A stretch of 36,724 nt of DNA, counting the filler, from an uncultured virus (IMG/VR IMGVR_UViG_2061766007_000472) (taxonomy: Duplodnaviria > Heunggongvirae > Uroviricota > Caudoviricetes). It is 2 parts of one record of this genome, joined end to end, with 100 filler letters (N's around TTAATTAATTAA, not from the genome) between each part and the next. Parts side by side here need not be neighbours in the genome. Positions count along the whole stretch, not along the records: positions 1 to 31,618 come from IMGVR_UViG_2061766007_000472; 1 more part is not named here. The stretch is one strand, 5' to 3'. The position numbers and the translations under genes are program-made. This document shows, piece after piece, positions 13,494-24,878 of this stretch. How positions within the stretch are numbered: position 1 is the stretch's first letter; each line of letters begins with the position of its first letter. The notes below the pieces were generated by a model that was given only the letters and a program-made list of their open reading frames with translations, ran no database searches and was not told where the DNA came from.

Positions 13494-14324
13494 TTACGGC
13501 ATGTACAACCCAGGATGGTCCTTTCCAGTTGCAAAGAACTGGCCCTTTGACGCGTCCATGTTTATTGTGGGGGATTTCACGTTGAACGAATCCTCATTTT
13601 CGAAATACGCGAGGGGAACTTTTGCCGCCATAAGAGTATCTCCCCTTATCACAATGCTCTATGAGTGCATGTTCAGCAGCTTGGACGCGTCTATGTCTAT
13701 GACTGGGGACTTCAACTCTATTTTGTTTGTCGAGGTGATAGTTATGTTCCCATCTTCGTCGATTCGTATCACGCTCTGCGTTACCTCGTCCTCGTCCGCC
13801 TCCTCTCCGTCGCGCCCTTCCTCCTGCGTGTCCATGTTCTTTTCCGTCGTCTTGCAGACTATCTCTATCTGTCCGCCTTCCCTTATTATCACCTTCGAGT
13901 CGCCGCACGCTATCATGTGCGTTTCGGAGTCCTCTCCGTTCATCGTGGTGTCCTTTTTCTTGTCGTCATCCCCTTCGTTGACGTTGTCCCTTACCTGGTT
14001 GAAACCCTGTCCGCTGTCCTGAAGGGCGAACTCACCAGCAAGGGTGGCCGCGAAATACACTGGCTTGTTCTAATCGCAGTTCTCAAAGAAAACCCATACT
14101 ATGGAACCAATGTTCGGATATGAGAACATTCCGTTCCCGTTATACGTTCCTCCGAACAAGGGAGCTGCCTGCTCCGCGCTTGGAAGGCTCCACGGAGTCA
14201 TCCTGTACATGGCTGGATATACCCCTGGAATGAACACCTTGCACTTTCCATTCTCTTCATGCTTTATGACCTCTCCCCTGTAGAAGCCAACGAGCTTCTA
14301 AACGTTATTCTACTACAACTACAT
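13494..14324 (-). CDS. gp5: Baseplate central spike, gp5/VgrG-like (OB-fold plus short beta-helix, no lysozyme domain)
   Basis: GFYRGEVIKHEENGKCKVFIPGVY...GMFSYPNIGSIVWVFFENCD*NKPVYFAA is the gp5/gpV OB-fold signature. The C-terminus has beta-repeat text (IRIDEDGNITITST, KSPVIDIDASK, KSPTINMDASK). 276 aa under TAG=Gln; ends TAA. Confidence 0.85.
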
Positions 14325-14360
14325 GTCTGTACACCGTACTTAAAGCCTGAATTGCGATTG

Positions 14361-14492
14361 TCAATCATGGTCCATCTGTTCAAGAAGACGTTCCTTCGTC
14401 TTCCTTATGAGGATGTCCTTCAAACATTTCTTTACATTGTCTTCGTCTTTGTTTACTATGTTTTCTATGAGCTCTTCTACTTTAGTGTCCAT
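14361..14492 (-). CDS. Small 43-aa helical protein, reminiscent of T4 gp67 prohead core protein
   Basis: Strong AAAGGAG RBS, then MDTKVEELIENIVNKDEDNVKKCLKDILIRKTKERLLEQMDHD-TGA. Fills the gap between its neighbours. The product call is by-eye similarity only. Confidence 0.55.
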   Translation of the reverse strand: MDTKVEELIENIVNKDEDNVKKCLKDILIRKTKERLLEQMDHD

Positions 14493-14521
14493 GTCCGCTC
14501 TCCTTTATATTATATGGAAAA

Positions 14522-15199
14522 TCATTTTATTATGTACCCAACCTTATATCCGAGTCTGGCTTTAAGATTAACATCCTTCGTAAATTTCATGACCTCGTCC
14601 TAGCTTGGACTATATGATGAATCTGGGTCGTACACTGACATGAAAAGCTATTCGGTCTTGTCGTCCAGACCGACTATTCTGCACCCGTGTCCGTCCTTCT
14701 CTACCTGTATCCTACCTCCCTGGTACTTCGGTATGTAGAGTACCATGTCCCGTTCGTCATACGCGTTCTTTGAATTCGAGAACGTCTTGAAATACGCGTT
14801 TATCCCAGCGTTAATCTTCCTTTTGCATTCCTTGATTAGGTTCCTGTTGTTCTTCTGGTATTCTGGAAGCATTGAAGGGTCAACGTCCTTTCCGTTTTCT
14901 GAAACCCCCCTGAGTCTTTCGAGCTTTGGTATCTCCATGACTATTGCGAACTCGAACCTGGACTCTCCTTTCGGGTTTATCGAGGACATTCCGCTCTCTG
15001 GCTTGCTCACGTCATCTAGTATGTTCTTCCCGTCGTTGCACAGGGAATTGATTATGAACTGGTTTATTGTCCTGTTTGGATGCACTCCTATTGCCCTGGC
15101 CGCGTCTATCAGCGCCGACTGGTGCAGATTGAAGTAAATCTGCTGGTCGGTCATGGTAAACGTCGGCTTTGTCTTGGAACTTGAATTCTGCTGCTCCAT
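14522..15199 (-). CDS. Hypothetical protein, paralogous to the N-terminal domain of the upstream gene (15206..17965)
   Basis: ORF 14648..15199 extends through two TAGs to TGA at 14522. CAGGAG RBS. Shares the TDQ(Q)I..NLH..A..DA motif with the upstream gene. Confidence 0.75.
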
Positions 15200-15205
15200 C
15201 GTTTA

Positions 15206-17965
15206 TCACTCCTGGAAATCCGTGTTCTTGTAATCCGCCATGTTCTGTTTTGCCGTGACCGTTCCGTCGCTTGCAACGTCATAGGCGTCCTTCCTGTTAT
15301 CAGAAACTAGATTCTTGTCTGGTATTATGTACAAATCACTCTCGTCCTTGTCCTCTGGCTTCTCGTTGGAGAACACGGCCCTGACCTCAACTGTCTGACC
15401 AGGTCTGGTATTGCTCCTGTTGAGCTCGTTCGGGTCTGGATTCCAGTACTGGAACTGCGTGTCGAACCTTGGAAGGTGGTTCTATATCTCTCCGACTGGG
15501 ATTTTTCCGAATTTGTCGTCTGAATCGATTACATACGTGGAAAGAGTCTATTCAAGGGGATTTTTCTTGTCTGGGTTCTTGAACAGGAACTTGACAGATA
15601 TTTCACCATCAGATATGTTGACCATGACGGCGTTCGTCCTTATCACGTTCTGACCGTCTAAATCATCCATGGACTAGAAGTCGTTCGGGTCTGGATTCCA
15701 CACGCTTAACGAATATCCACTTGGTGCTATTTCGTTAACTTTATCCCTTGCCGCGCTGAGGTCTATATTTCCAAGCTTGTCCTAAGATACGACCTCCTGG
15801 TAGACCATTGACTCTCTGGCGTTTCCCTTCACTGGGTCCTTATAGAAGAATTTAACTGATATCTGAGAACCTTCCTGCTGTTTATCCCCAAATTTCGCAG
15901 AAGTCGTTATGGATTTCCTCCCGTCAAGGTCCTCTATCCCTATGTCGTTCGGGTCTGGGTTCCAATGCTTGAAGTTGATGTCGTCTCCGAGAACCCTCTT
16001 GAGTTTTTCCGTAGCATGAGTGGTGTCTATCTTTCCAGGCTGTCCGTCTTTTCCTAGGTCTTCGCTCTTGACAAGCTGGGTCATGAGCCACTTCTCCTGC
16101 CAAGCGTTCTCCTTGTTCGGATTCGTGTATTTATAGAAAACCGATATGTCTCCGCTTCCAGACTCTGGGGGAGGAACGTCTCCAGGAGGTGGTTGCGTGT
16201 ACTTTGCGAACGTCTTTCCGTCCTCAGTCATGGAATTCGGCTCTGGTTTCCATTCCGTGAAGTTCAATCCTTCAATCTTGATGTCGTCGTACGTAGGGAA
16301 ACTGGATTCGTCGAACTTCCCAGGTTCCCCGCTCAATGTCTTTATTATCTGTTCCGCAGAACCTTCGTCCCTCGGGTCCTTCTTTACGAACTGAATCTGG
16401 ATTTCATTTCCCCCTCCGTCTCCGCCTTCGTCGCCTTCCTATGGAGGGGTCGTGTTCTCGAACATTTTCTTGAGGCACACGTATATTCCGTTCAATGTGT
16501 TTCTGCTGTCGGAATCCTTTGGCTCGCCCTTGAATTTTGAAAGGGGTTCTCCATCGGCTAGTTCCTGTACGTCTCCGTACTTAGACATCNNNNNNNNNNN
16601 NNNNNNNNNNNNNNNNNNNNNNNNNNNNNNNTTGAAATTGGCCTGGAAGGCCGCATCGGACTAGGTGTCGTTCCATTTGAACTTCGTGGTTCCGTGTTTC
16701 TTTATATAAGGTATGAGGATGTCGCTCGATATCTGGCTCATCGTGTGCCTGTTGGACTCCTCGATTAAGTATTCCTCAACAGCGTTCTTTCCGAAAAGAC
16801 TCTCGAGAATCTTCATCATTCCAGTATTTGACGTGGAATAGAAAATGCTTTCCGACGTGGAGCTTGCTCCGTCCTTTCCAGAACTCCTCTTGTCGTAGAT
16901 TGACTGGCTTCTGTACTCGGACTTGTAGTTCTCAATCTTTATGACACCGTCTTCCTTGACGACGTTCCTCCTGAGCTTGAACACCTTGTTCGCGTCTCCG
17001 AACGCCATCGTGCAAATCTCCGACACCATTTTCCTGTTGTACTGCTCATACGCCTTGTCCCTCTTTTCGACCTCTATCGTGACTGCGTATTCACATCCGT
17101 TGAACAGGCTCTGGTATTCTGGCCTCCATTGCTGCGAATACATCAAAGTGCTCGAAAGGCTCGGGCAGTCGTATACCCTGACAATCGCGCTGCTCTGGGG
17201 CATCTTATTCTTTATTACGTTGCGTATGTGGTTATCTACGTCGTTTATGTTGACCNNNNNNNNNNNNNNNNTCTTCGAGATGTACTTTCCTATCGGTATG
17301 TTTCCGTAGCTTGTGGCAATCTTGAAGTTTGCGAGGTCTGCAAGCATTCCAGAGAAGAACTTCGACGTCTTTGCTGGCTTTCCTCCGAGCATGGAAGTCT
17401 GCTTACCTCCTTTGTAGAACAGGAAATCGACGGCGTATCCCTTTACGTCCATGTCTTTCTCGTCTGCTGGCTTATCGGATGTTTCGTCATCGTCGGCTTC
17501 CGTAACGAGAACTCCNNNNNNNNNNNNNNNNNNNNNNNNNNNNNNNTCTGACACCATCCTTGAGCCTCTGTTTATGAACAGTGTGTCTTTAACTCTTGAC
17601 TCAGACGTGGTTTCTGGTTCTGGTTCTGGCGTCTCTTCTGGTTTTTCTGGTGCGTTGAATATCGGATGTACGTCGGACTCGTCGACCATGTTCGCATAGT
17701 TCTTGCCAGCGAAAAATGTTATGTAATCCTTTATCTTCTCCGTGAACTCCTTCTTCCTCGACGGCTCGATTGTGCTTCCGTCCTCCATCGTGAGCATAAT
17801 CTGGGGATTCACTCCGCTTACTTCCTTTTCCGCGAGTATGAGCGTGTTCACAAGGGAAAATCCGCTTCCCTCCCCCACTTTTGCATCTTTCATAGCCGCT
17901 TCATGGAGATTTTTCACTATCTGGTCGGTTTCTATAGAGACCTTGTAATTCGTAACTTTGGCCAT
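15206..17965 (-). CDS. Large (~920 aa) hypothetical virion protein with four C-terminal ~75-90 aa repeats carrying W[NK]P[DE]PN
   Basis: ORFs 16661..17965 and 15782..16336 plus the downstream frame are joined by TAG readthrough and one N gap. Ends TGA TAA at 15206. Confidence 0.7.
15365..16410 (-). repeat. Four intragenic protein-domain repeats
   Basis: Each unit reads I.V.F...[DN]P ... G[KN][IF]. ... W[NK]P[DE]PN ... A.[FYM]. Near-identical DNA (tcgttcgggtctgg[a/g]ttcca) recurs at about 15426, 15681 and 15945. Confidence 0.8.
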
Positions 17966-17972
17966 ACTGTAT

Positions 17973-17979
17973 TATTTAC
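17973..17979 (-). promoter_or_regulatory. Putative late promoter GTAAATA, 7 nt before the ATG at 17965
   Basis: Intergenic copy of the recurrent motif. Confidence 0.6.
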
Positions 17980-17999
17980 AGACGTAGGTTTGGCTGAAA

Positions 18000-19304
18000 T
18001 CAAGAATCGTATCCTCTCGAAAGCTGGAGATTCTGCTTGAACGAACTCTTGTTCGGCCTGATGATGTACCTGACCTTCGTTATGAGCCACGGACCAGAAA
18101 TCCTGTTGAACCTGTCGAGGTCGTCTATCGAGTCCTCTGTTGTTTCATACATGCTCAGGGCGTAGAACGAGTTGTCAACCTCTAGGTCAAGGATGTCCAT
18201 AAGCCTCCTGTCTATAACCCCCCCTATGTTGAGAAGTATGCTGTCCCACGAAAGAAAAGCCTTCAGCATGTCGTTCATGATGTTCGTGTCGTTTGACCAC
18301 TGGGACGCGTTTCTTCGAAGATTCACTTTCTTTTCGTTCTGGATTGGCTTAATCTTAGATTCCTTGCCTCCGAAGAACGTGGTTATCCTGTTCGACGTAT
18401 ACTCCCTCGTGAGGAAATATCCTCCCATCTCGTCGTACGACGTTACTTCAATGTCCGAAATAGGAACGAGGATGTCCGTCATCCTGGTGTCTGAATTCGT
18501 TCCGAGAAGCGCCCTTTCGGAGTTTATCTCGTCTTCCGTGCAGTCCTTTCCCATGCTGAGAAGTACGCCGTATTTCTATTTCGACTTGGACTTTCCTGGC
18601 TGGAAGATTCCATATTTTCCGCTTATTACGTCGTAAGTTATGAACGTCACCGTATCGTTATACATGTCCGAGTAGAAAAACTGTTTCTGCATGACGTAGT
18701 CTATCACGCTCTGCACGGTGTCATTTCCGTTCGTGATGTACTTGACGGTTACGTCGTTTTTTACCTAATCGAAGGACTCGTCTACCTGCTGCCCAGCGTA
18801 CTGGACGAGCATTTTCTTGATGAACTGTACAAGGCTCTCTCCTCCGACGTCGTAGTTGCTGTAGTCGACGTGGTTGGTTATTCCAAGGTACTCAATCCCG
18901 ACGAGCTCAATAGTGTACGTTATTCCGTCTTCCTCCCTCTTGTCTATTCGGACGTTGTCGACGTAGAATATGTGGGAGAACCTGTCCCTGTCCTCGACCT
19001 CCATGCACTGTGTCGGGTCTTCCGTGTCCGTCTTTACCATGTAGAAGGATATCATGCACTTCTGGCCGAATTTCTGGAATATCTTCGGGACATCTCCATC
19101 CATGTCCTTGTACCGTATGAAACCGTCCGAGTACAGCCTGTTTAGCTTGACGCTCATTTCTACGTCCAATATGCAATTGGAGACCATCGCGAAAGGCTTC
19201 TTGTCTGAGTCGTCGGATGGGAAGGTTATCGAAATGGCGTATGTGTCGCCCTGGTACTCGAACGTACCGTCCGTGAGTATGTTCGGGGTGAAACCAGTTC
19301 CCAT
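18000..19304 (-). CDS. Baseplate hub protein (gp27 / P2 gpD-like)
   Basis: ORFs 18765..19304 and 18000..18554 are in one frame joined by two TAGs (434 aa). The C-terminal SGPWLITKVRYII...FKQNLQLSR is typical of hub proteins, and the gene follows the gp53-like gene. Confidence 0.65.
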
Positions 19305-19305
19305 T

Positions 19306-19637
19306 TCACTTCACCCCCATGAAGAGTATCGCCCTAAGCTGTTCCTCTTCTATGTATCTTATGCTCTCTCCAGCCCTGACTGGCTCGNNNNNNNNNNNNN
19401 NNNNNNNNNNNNNNNNNNNNNNNNNNNNNNNNNNNNNNNNNNNNNNTGGAACGAAAGGGTTGTCCAGAACGTGTCGTGGTCTACGTAGAACACCTTGTTC
19501 GGGACTCCGTCGAGGTATACCGTGGAGTTGAGGTTAAATACGTATGGAGAACCGTGCTCGTCTTTCTTCTCGTACGCGTCCAGGAAATTCTCCATGTCGG
19601 AGAGCTTCACGTTTTTGTCTATGTCCCTTGCCTTCAT
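19306..19637 (-). CDS. Baseplate wedge protein, gp53 / LysM-like
   Basis: YVDHDTFWTTLSF-[gap]-EPVRAGESIRYI fits the gp53/LysM pattern. ATGA overlap with the upstream gene. After the gap the open frame ends TGA at 19306. Confidence 0.65.
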
Positions 19638-20948
19638 TGCTCCATCTCCTTGTCTAATCCACTTACCGTATTTGCGGATAATACCAAATTATCAAATTCC
19701 TTACTAACACTACTCCCAAGTCCACTTAATGCGTTAGTTTCAATTGGGTCTTTTTCAGCAGTAAACCTATATAGATGATTGTTTAAATTGTTTGGAAGAA
19801 GAGATTCAAATGTCACTGTAAACTCATAAATATCTGGTATGTAATTTATATTTTTTCTGACAGCATTTTCGGAATACATCATATTTCTAGAAATTACTAA
19901 ATCTGCCATACAACTGTTAGATATCCTTCTCATAGCCCCCTTCTTTTGACAGCTCATATTTGCAGAGCACATGAAAAACCTTCCAACACCGTCGACTTTT
20001 ATATCATATACACATGGGTTCTGCTGGAATATGTGATATTGCATGAACTTGTTCTTTGACATGATTGTATTAACAAATAAATAGTTGTTAACAGTTGATT
20101 CTTCTGTATCATTGAATAGGCTGAACTTGATTTCAATTTGTGGAAATGGGTTTCCAGCTCCAGCTCCAGACCAAATAGGTTGAAAAGGAATGTAAATATT
20201 TGCTCCTACAAAATTCAAAATAGTTCCGAGAATACTCTAGGACGATGTCCCACTTGCTCCTCCCTTTCCGCCACCTCCCCAACTTGAAGATGGATTATCA
20301 CTTTTATCTATGAGATTGGTTCCATTAAACGGAAGAACGTATTTTCCAGTGTTCTTTGACGTCATTATTTGATAGTATAGACAAAATGGTATATNNNNNN
20401 NNNNNNNNNNNNNNNNNTATTACCAGATTTGACTGGAATTACTTTATTACCAGATTTGACTGGAATTACTAATTCGTCTGCAATTGAAACTAAATTCTAT
20501 GATGGCGTACACGAGTTTCCAATAATGTCCTAAAGATTAGCAAAAACAAACTAAAGTGCTTTTAAGGACTTGTCTTTCAAATCCTTTCCTTTCATTACTG
20601 CATTAAATCCATTTTTTAATCCCCTTGCAAAAGCGGAAAAAGAATTGAAAATCTATGTCATCCTTGCATCAAATTGGTATTCCCTTACCTGAACGGTTGG
20701 TATTTCCTGCAATAATGAATTGAAAGCTGAGATATTATTATTTTGCTGGTTAAACGATAAATCATATTTAATACCGTTAGCGGCGTCCCTTATGGAGCTT
20801 GGGCATATATTTATTTGTGCGACGCCTTTTTCTGGTTTCTTAAAAGANNNNNNNNNNNNNNNNTAACTTCATTACATAAATCTCCTTGTATTTTTCCAAG
20901 TATTTCCTATGTAGTTTCACTTATTTTGTCCCAATCTACTTTACCCAT
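19634..20948 (-). CDS. Baseplate-tube junction protein (gp48-like, tube fold)
   Basis: ATG at 20948 with a GGGAG RBS. The frame is open only with TAG readthrough and joins ORF 19634..20218 (IEIKFSLFND...NPCVYDIKV...PDIYEFTVTFESL). Lies between the tape measure and gp53-like genes. Confidence 0.55.
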
Positions 20949-20977
20949 TTGACGTCTCCCTACTCAATATACCATGT

Positions 20978-20984
20978 TATTTAT
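20978..20984 (-). promoter_or_regulatory. Putative late promoter variant ATAAATA
   Basis: Lies in the short intergenic gap between TGA 20990 and ATG 20948; one mismatch from the GTAAATA copies. Confidence 0.45.
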
Positions 20985-20989
20985 CTTCT

Positions 20990-23900
20990 TCAATGCCTTT
21001 CGTCGGAGTGTTTCCTCGACTTAGCCTCGCTGTCCTGTCCGCTCGTGTCGACTTCTGCGACTTCTGCCGTTCCTCCGCTTCCAGTGGTTCCTGTTCCATG
21101 TAACGTTTTTCCAGTAAGTCCAGGTCCAGATACGCCGTTCTTTCCTTCATTTTTTCCTTCTATATAGTCTTTTATTTCCTTTAGCTTTTTCATGTTTTCA
21201 CCCAACTTGCCTATTGTCTGTTCGATTCTTCTAGCTTGCTCCTTGTTTTTCTTTTTTGCTATTTCTCTTGATTCTTTAGATGCATCTGATATTGTGTTTT
21301 CTGCGCTTTTCTGTTGCTATGAAAAAGTTCCATTTGCATTGTCCGCGATAGTTCCGTTCTGCATTACTCCACTATCGTATTTTCCTGCGTCTTTTTGAAA
21401 TTGAATGAAATAATAAATAAGTTTCATCATTGAATTAATTATTTTTGAAACTAAGTAAAATTCCGAGTTTTCAATCATTTCGTAATCGATTTCACACTAA
21501 GAAATAAAAAAAATATTTCGTATAAAATCTTCCCATCCTAGTTTTTCTCCTCCTTGTTGCCAACGTATAGCAAAAGAAGCTACTCGAAAAAGTGGAAATC
21601 CTCCTGTGGCGAAAGTAAGCCGTGTGTTATTGTCAAGTTCAGTGCTCTTATTCCTCTATGTTATTTNNNNNNNNNNNNNNNNNNNTGTCAGGAATCTTGA
21701 AAAATCATGTTCACGACATGTAAATTTAATACACCATTTATCTTCCCCTACAACTTTATCATATTCTGGTATTATTTCTTTTATCTCACTATAAAAAATA
21801 ACAAGTTTATTGGAACTGTTGCCGAGTTGACCAAAAAATAATTCAACTCCATTTTTAACATCCATTTCAGATTCATTATATAAACCATAATACATATTAT
21901 CTGAATTTTTATCTAAATTCTTCACCTTTACAAGCCTAAGCTAGTGTTGTCTAGAAAAATAAATAACGTCAAATAGAAGTTCTTTTAATATTTTGTTATT
22001 CGAACACTGAGCTTTTATGAACTCGTCAAACAATTCTTTTTTTGATGTGATATACCGTACATCTTCCAAAGTAACTTTTTTTGAGTACCTTTCCACCATG
22101 TCTTTCAACGTGTTCATCATTTTTTCATCTCTGAACATTGCCGTGAAAAACTGAGAGCACGAACTAACGTCGCTTTTCTGGTTCTGCTTTATAAACTTAT
22201 AAATCATTCGAACTATTTCAAAATTACTTAATTGGTATCCTTTTTGCTGCTCTCTGGATTTCTTATCGCGGGAGAATCCATCTGTCATATTCTATCTTTG
22301 AATAGCTTCTCCCCTTTCCTCCATCTATTTCTTCGCTTCATCGGAATTCGCGAAGAATGTATACGACAGTATTGAATGCATTCCAAACGCGTTATCGCTC
22401 GTGAGTCCTTCGTTGAAATCTACGTATTGTCCACTTCTTAATCCGACGCTGGACGGAGCTGAATACCTTATTCCATTTTCTGTATGATATGCACCTCTGT
22501 TACCCCTTTCTTCTTTTTTGCCAGTCAACCAATTCGTTTCAACCCAGTAATGAGTGTCTCCGCTTCTCTGTAAATTCATGAACTTTGGGTTTTTCATGTA
22601 TTCGTCGTTGAGTTCCATGAATCCTTTATCGTTCAGTTTTATTATATTCTTTACTTCTGATTCATATTTTTCCTTTGTTATTTCTCCCTTTGCAAATCTC
22701 TATAACATCGCATTCCTTATTAGAACATATCCTATCCTAAAATTAAATATCCTATCCTGACTTGAAACTAAGACATAATCGGTCTTTGTTCCATCTCCGA
22801 GAATGTATTTTATAGTTGATTTTACAGCCTTTTTTTTCTATTTTTCTCCATTTGGCTGATTCTAGTATGTGTCCTGCTTTTCTCCAGTTACCATAGCGTC
22901 CGATATGGCCAAAACCTCTTTTTCGAGAATTTCGTGCTCCTTGTTATAAAACTCTACGTCTTCGTTGTATTTCTTTCTTGACATTATTACACGTGAATAA
23001 TCTTTTACCGCCTGAACTGGTACACTAGAATTTGTTTTTTCTCCGTCCTTAACCCTATCTATCTCATTTGCCAACTGCTCTGCACTCTGGTTTGTCTGGA
23101 AATTCTTTCCAACGACCGAAGTTCTTGAATGCATTACCCTCATGTAGTTCATTCCTCCTCTCTCGTCATTGGATTTTCTATTAAAATCTGACTATATCTA
23201 GGTAAGCTCTTTGGACATTGTCCAAAAAGTTCCTATAGCAAGANNNNNNNNNNNNNNNNNNNNNNNNNNNNNNNNNNNNNNNNNTATCCAGCCACCCAAT
23301 GCTCCAATTACAGATTTTCCAGTGATGAATTTTGTTATTAACGCTATAGATGCTCCAGCTGCATATCCATATGCAAATTTTACTATATTTTCTGGGAGAA
23401 ACGGAAAGACGAAGTATTTCAGCATTTCCATAAACTCACCAAGCCCATCTGTTATTTTGTTCTTTATTTTTTCATAATAATCCTTTGCTTTCTAAAGTGG
23501 TGAATTCTAAAAGAAATTCTTTAATCCGTCGTACGCATTCTTAACACTGTCTTTAATTTTTTTAAAGNNNNNNNNNNNNNNNNNNNNNNNNNNNNNNNNN
23601 NNNNNNNNNNNNNNNNNNNNNNNNNNNNNNNNNNNNNNNNNNNNNNNNNNNNNNNNNNNNNNNNNNNNNNNNNNNNNNNNNNNNNNNNNNNNNNNNNNNN
23701 NNNNNNNNNNNNNNNNNNNNNNNNNNNNNTTTCCTATGTTGTAGACGGACTTGATTGCAAATACGCCAGTCTTGAACAATAGATTCGCGCCGCTGAACAC
23801 CGTCTGTATTCCAAATCCATGTAACAAGAAATTTCCAGCGAACTTCAGTCCAGCTCCAGCTATGCCGAGGGCACCTCTAAGCAGTCCTNNNNNNNNNNNN

Positions 23901-24878
23901 NNNNNNNNNNNNNNNNNNTCTCTTTATTTTCCTGTTTATTCCTTTAAACTGGCCTTGTAAGTGTTTTTTCTCGATGTCGTTCCTGTCCTTGAACACTTTC
24001 AGGAGTTTTTTCACATCTTTCTTTGGAATTCCGATGAATTTCTTAGAGTCGAATTTCTTGAACTGCTTCTTGTTTCCAGTTATCGACTTTGGTGACAAAT
24101 CCATTTTCTGGAGCTTTTCGAATGCCTTTGAATATTTTTCCNNNNNNNNNNNNNNNNNNNNNNNNNNAGGATTCCTTGAACACCCTAGGAAGTTTTTCCT
24201 TTGTATTTGTGGTCTTTCTGTCAATTTTGGAAATTATTCTTTCTGATGTATATGCTTTTTCTGGAACATTCCCTACAGTTCCAGAAATATTCTTTTTGTA
24301 ATTGTTCTTTTCTTCCTTTGTCCGTCCTTCTTTTATCTGTTCTTCAAATATGCTTTCAAGTTCTTTGAGTTTTTTCGCCCTATCAAGTGTGTTGTCTTTG
24401 AATGTCTTCTATTGACCGATAATATTGGTTTCTTCGATTATCTTATTGACTGCATTGTCTACTATGCAGCATATGTCATCTATGGATTTTTTCTTAAACT
24501 CATCCCAATCTAAGTTTCCAGTTATATTATCTAGTTCGTCTTTCGAAACATTCTTCTAGTCTTGTACAATCTGCTCGACCTATCTTGACACGAAGTCCAT
24601 TACATCTTCGCGTTTTTGCTGAAAAGCCTAGACGAATCCGAGGTCTTTCCTTGCAATGTTCTTTAAAAGCCTGAAAAGCTTTAATAGCTTCAGGTTTTGG
24701 TCGTTGTTGAAATTGTTTTCCTTATATGAGCCGAACGTCTGGNNNNNNNNNNNNNNNNNNNNNNNNCCTGGTTTTCCGAAATTTTGTAGACTTCGACCTT
24801 GAACTTGTCAACCTAGTTCTTTTTCTGTGTTCCAGGAACCCTCGTTCTCCTTGTTATCTTTATTCTGTCGCTCATCAT
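20990..24878 (-). CDS. Tape-measure-like protein, part 2 (~1300 aa; may be a separate gene or continuous with part 1)
   Basis: Many small ORFs (23877..24224, 23507..23827, 23198..23431, 22862..23152, 22325..22618, 21941..22288, 21656..21925, 20990..21205) chain into one frame via TAGs and gaps. Helical and Lys-rich, followed by Gly/Ala hydrophobic stretches. Ends TGA at 20990. The start (ATG ATG at 24878/24875) is next to a gap and uncertain. Confidence 0.5.

Noticed and set aside
14509..14514. TATAAT box upstream of the 43-aa ORF as a sigma70 promoter
   Set aside because: No convincing -35 element at the proper spacing, and the AT-rich context makes a chance match likely.
16128..16135. Perfect T4 late consensus TATAAATA
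   Set aside because: It is intragenic (codons TAT AAA TAC) with no downstream gene start, so it is probably coincidental.
20418..20470. Exact 27-bp tandem duplication (VIPVKSGNK twice)
   Set aside because: It abuts an N gap and has only two copies, so it is more likely a scaffolding overlap artefact. It is not a CRISPR array.
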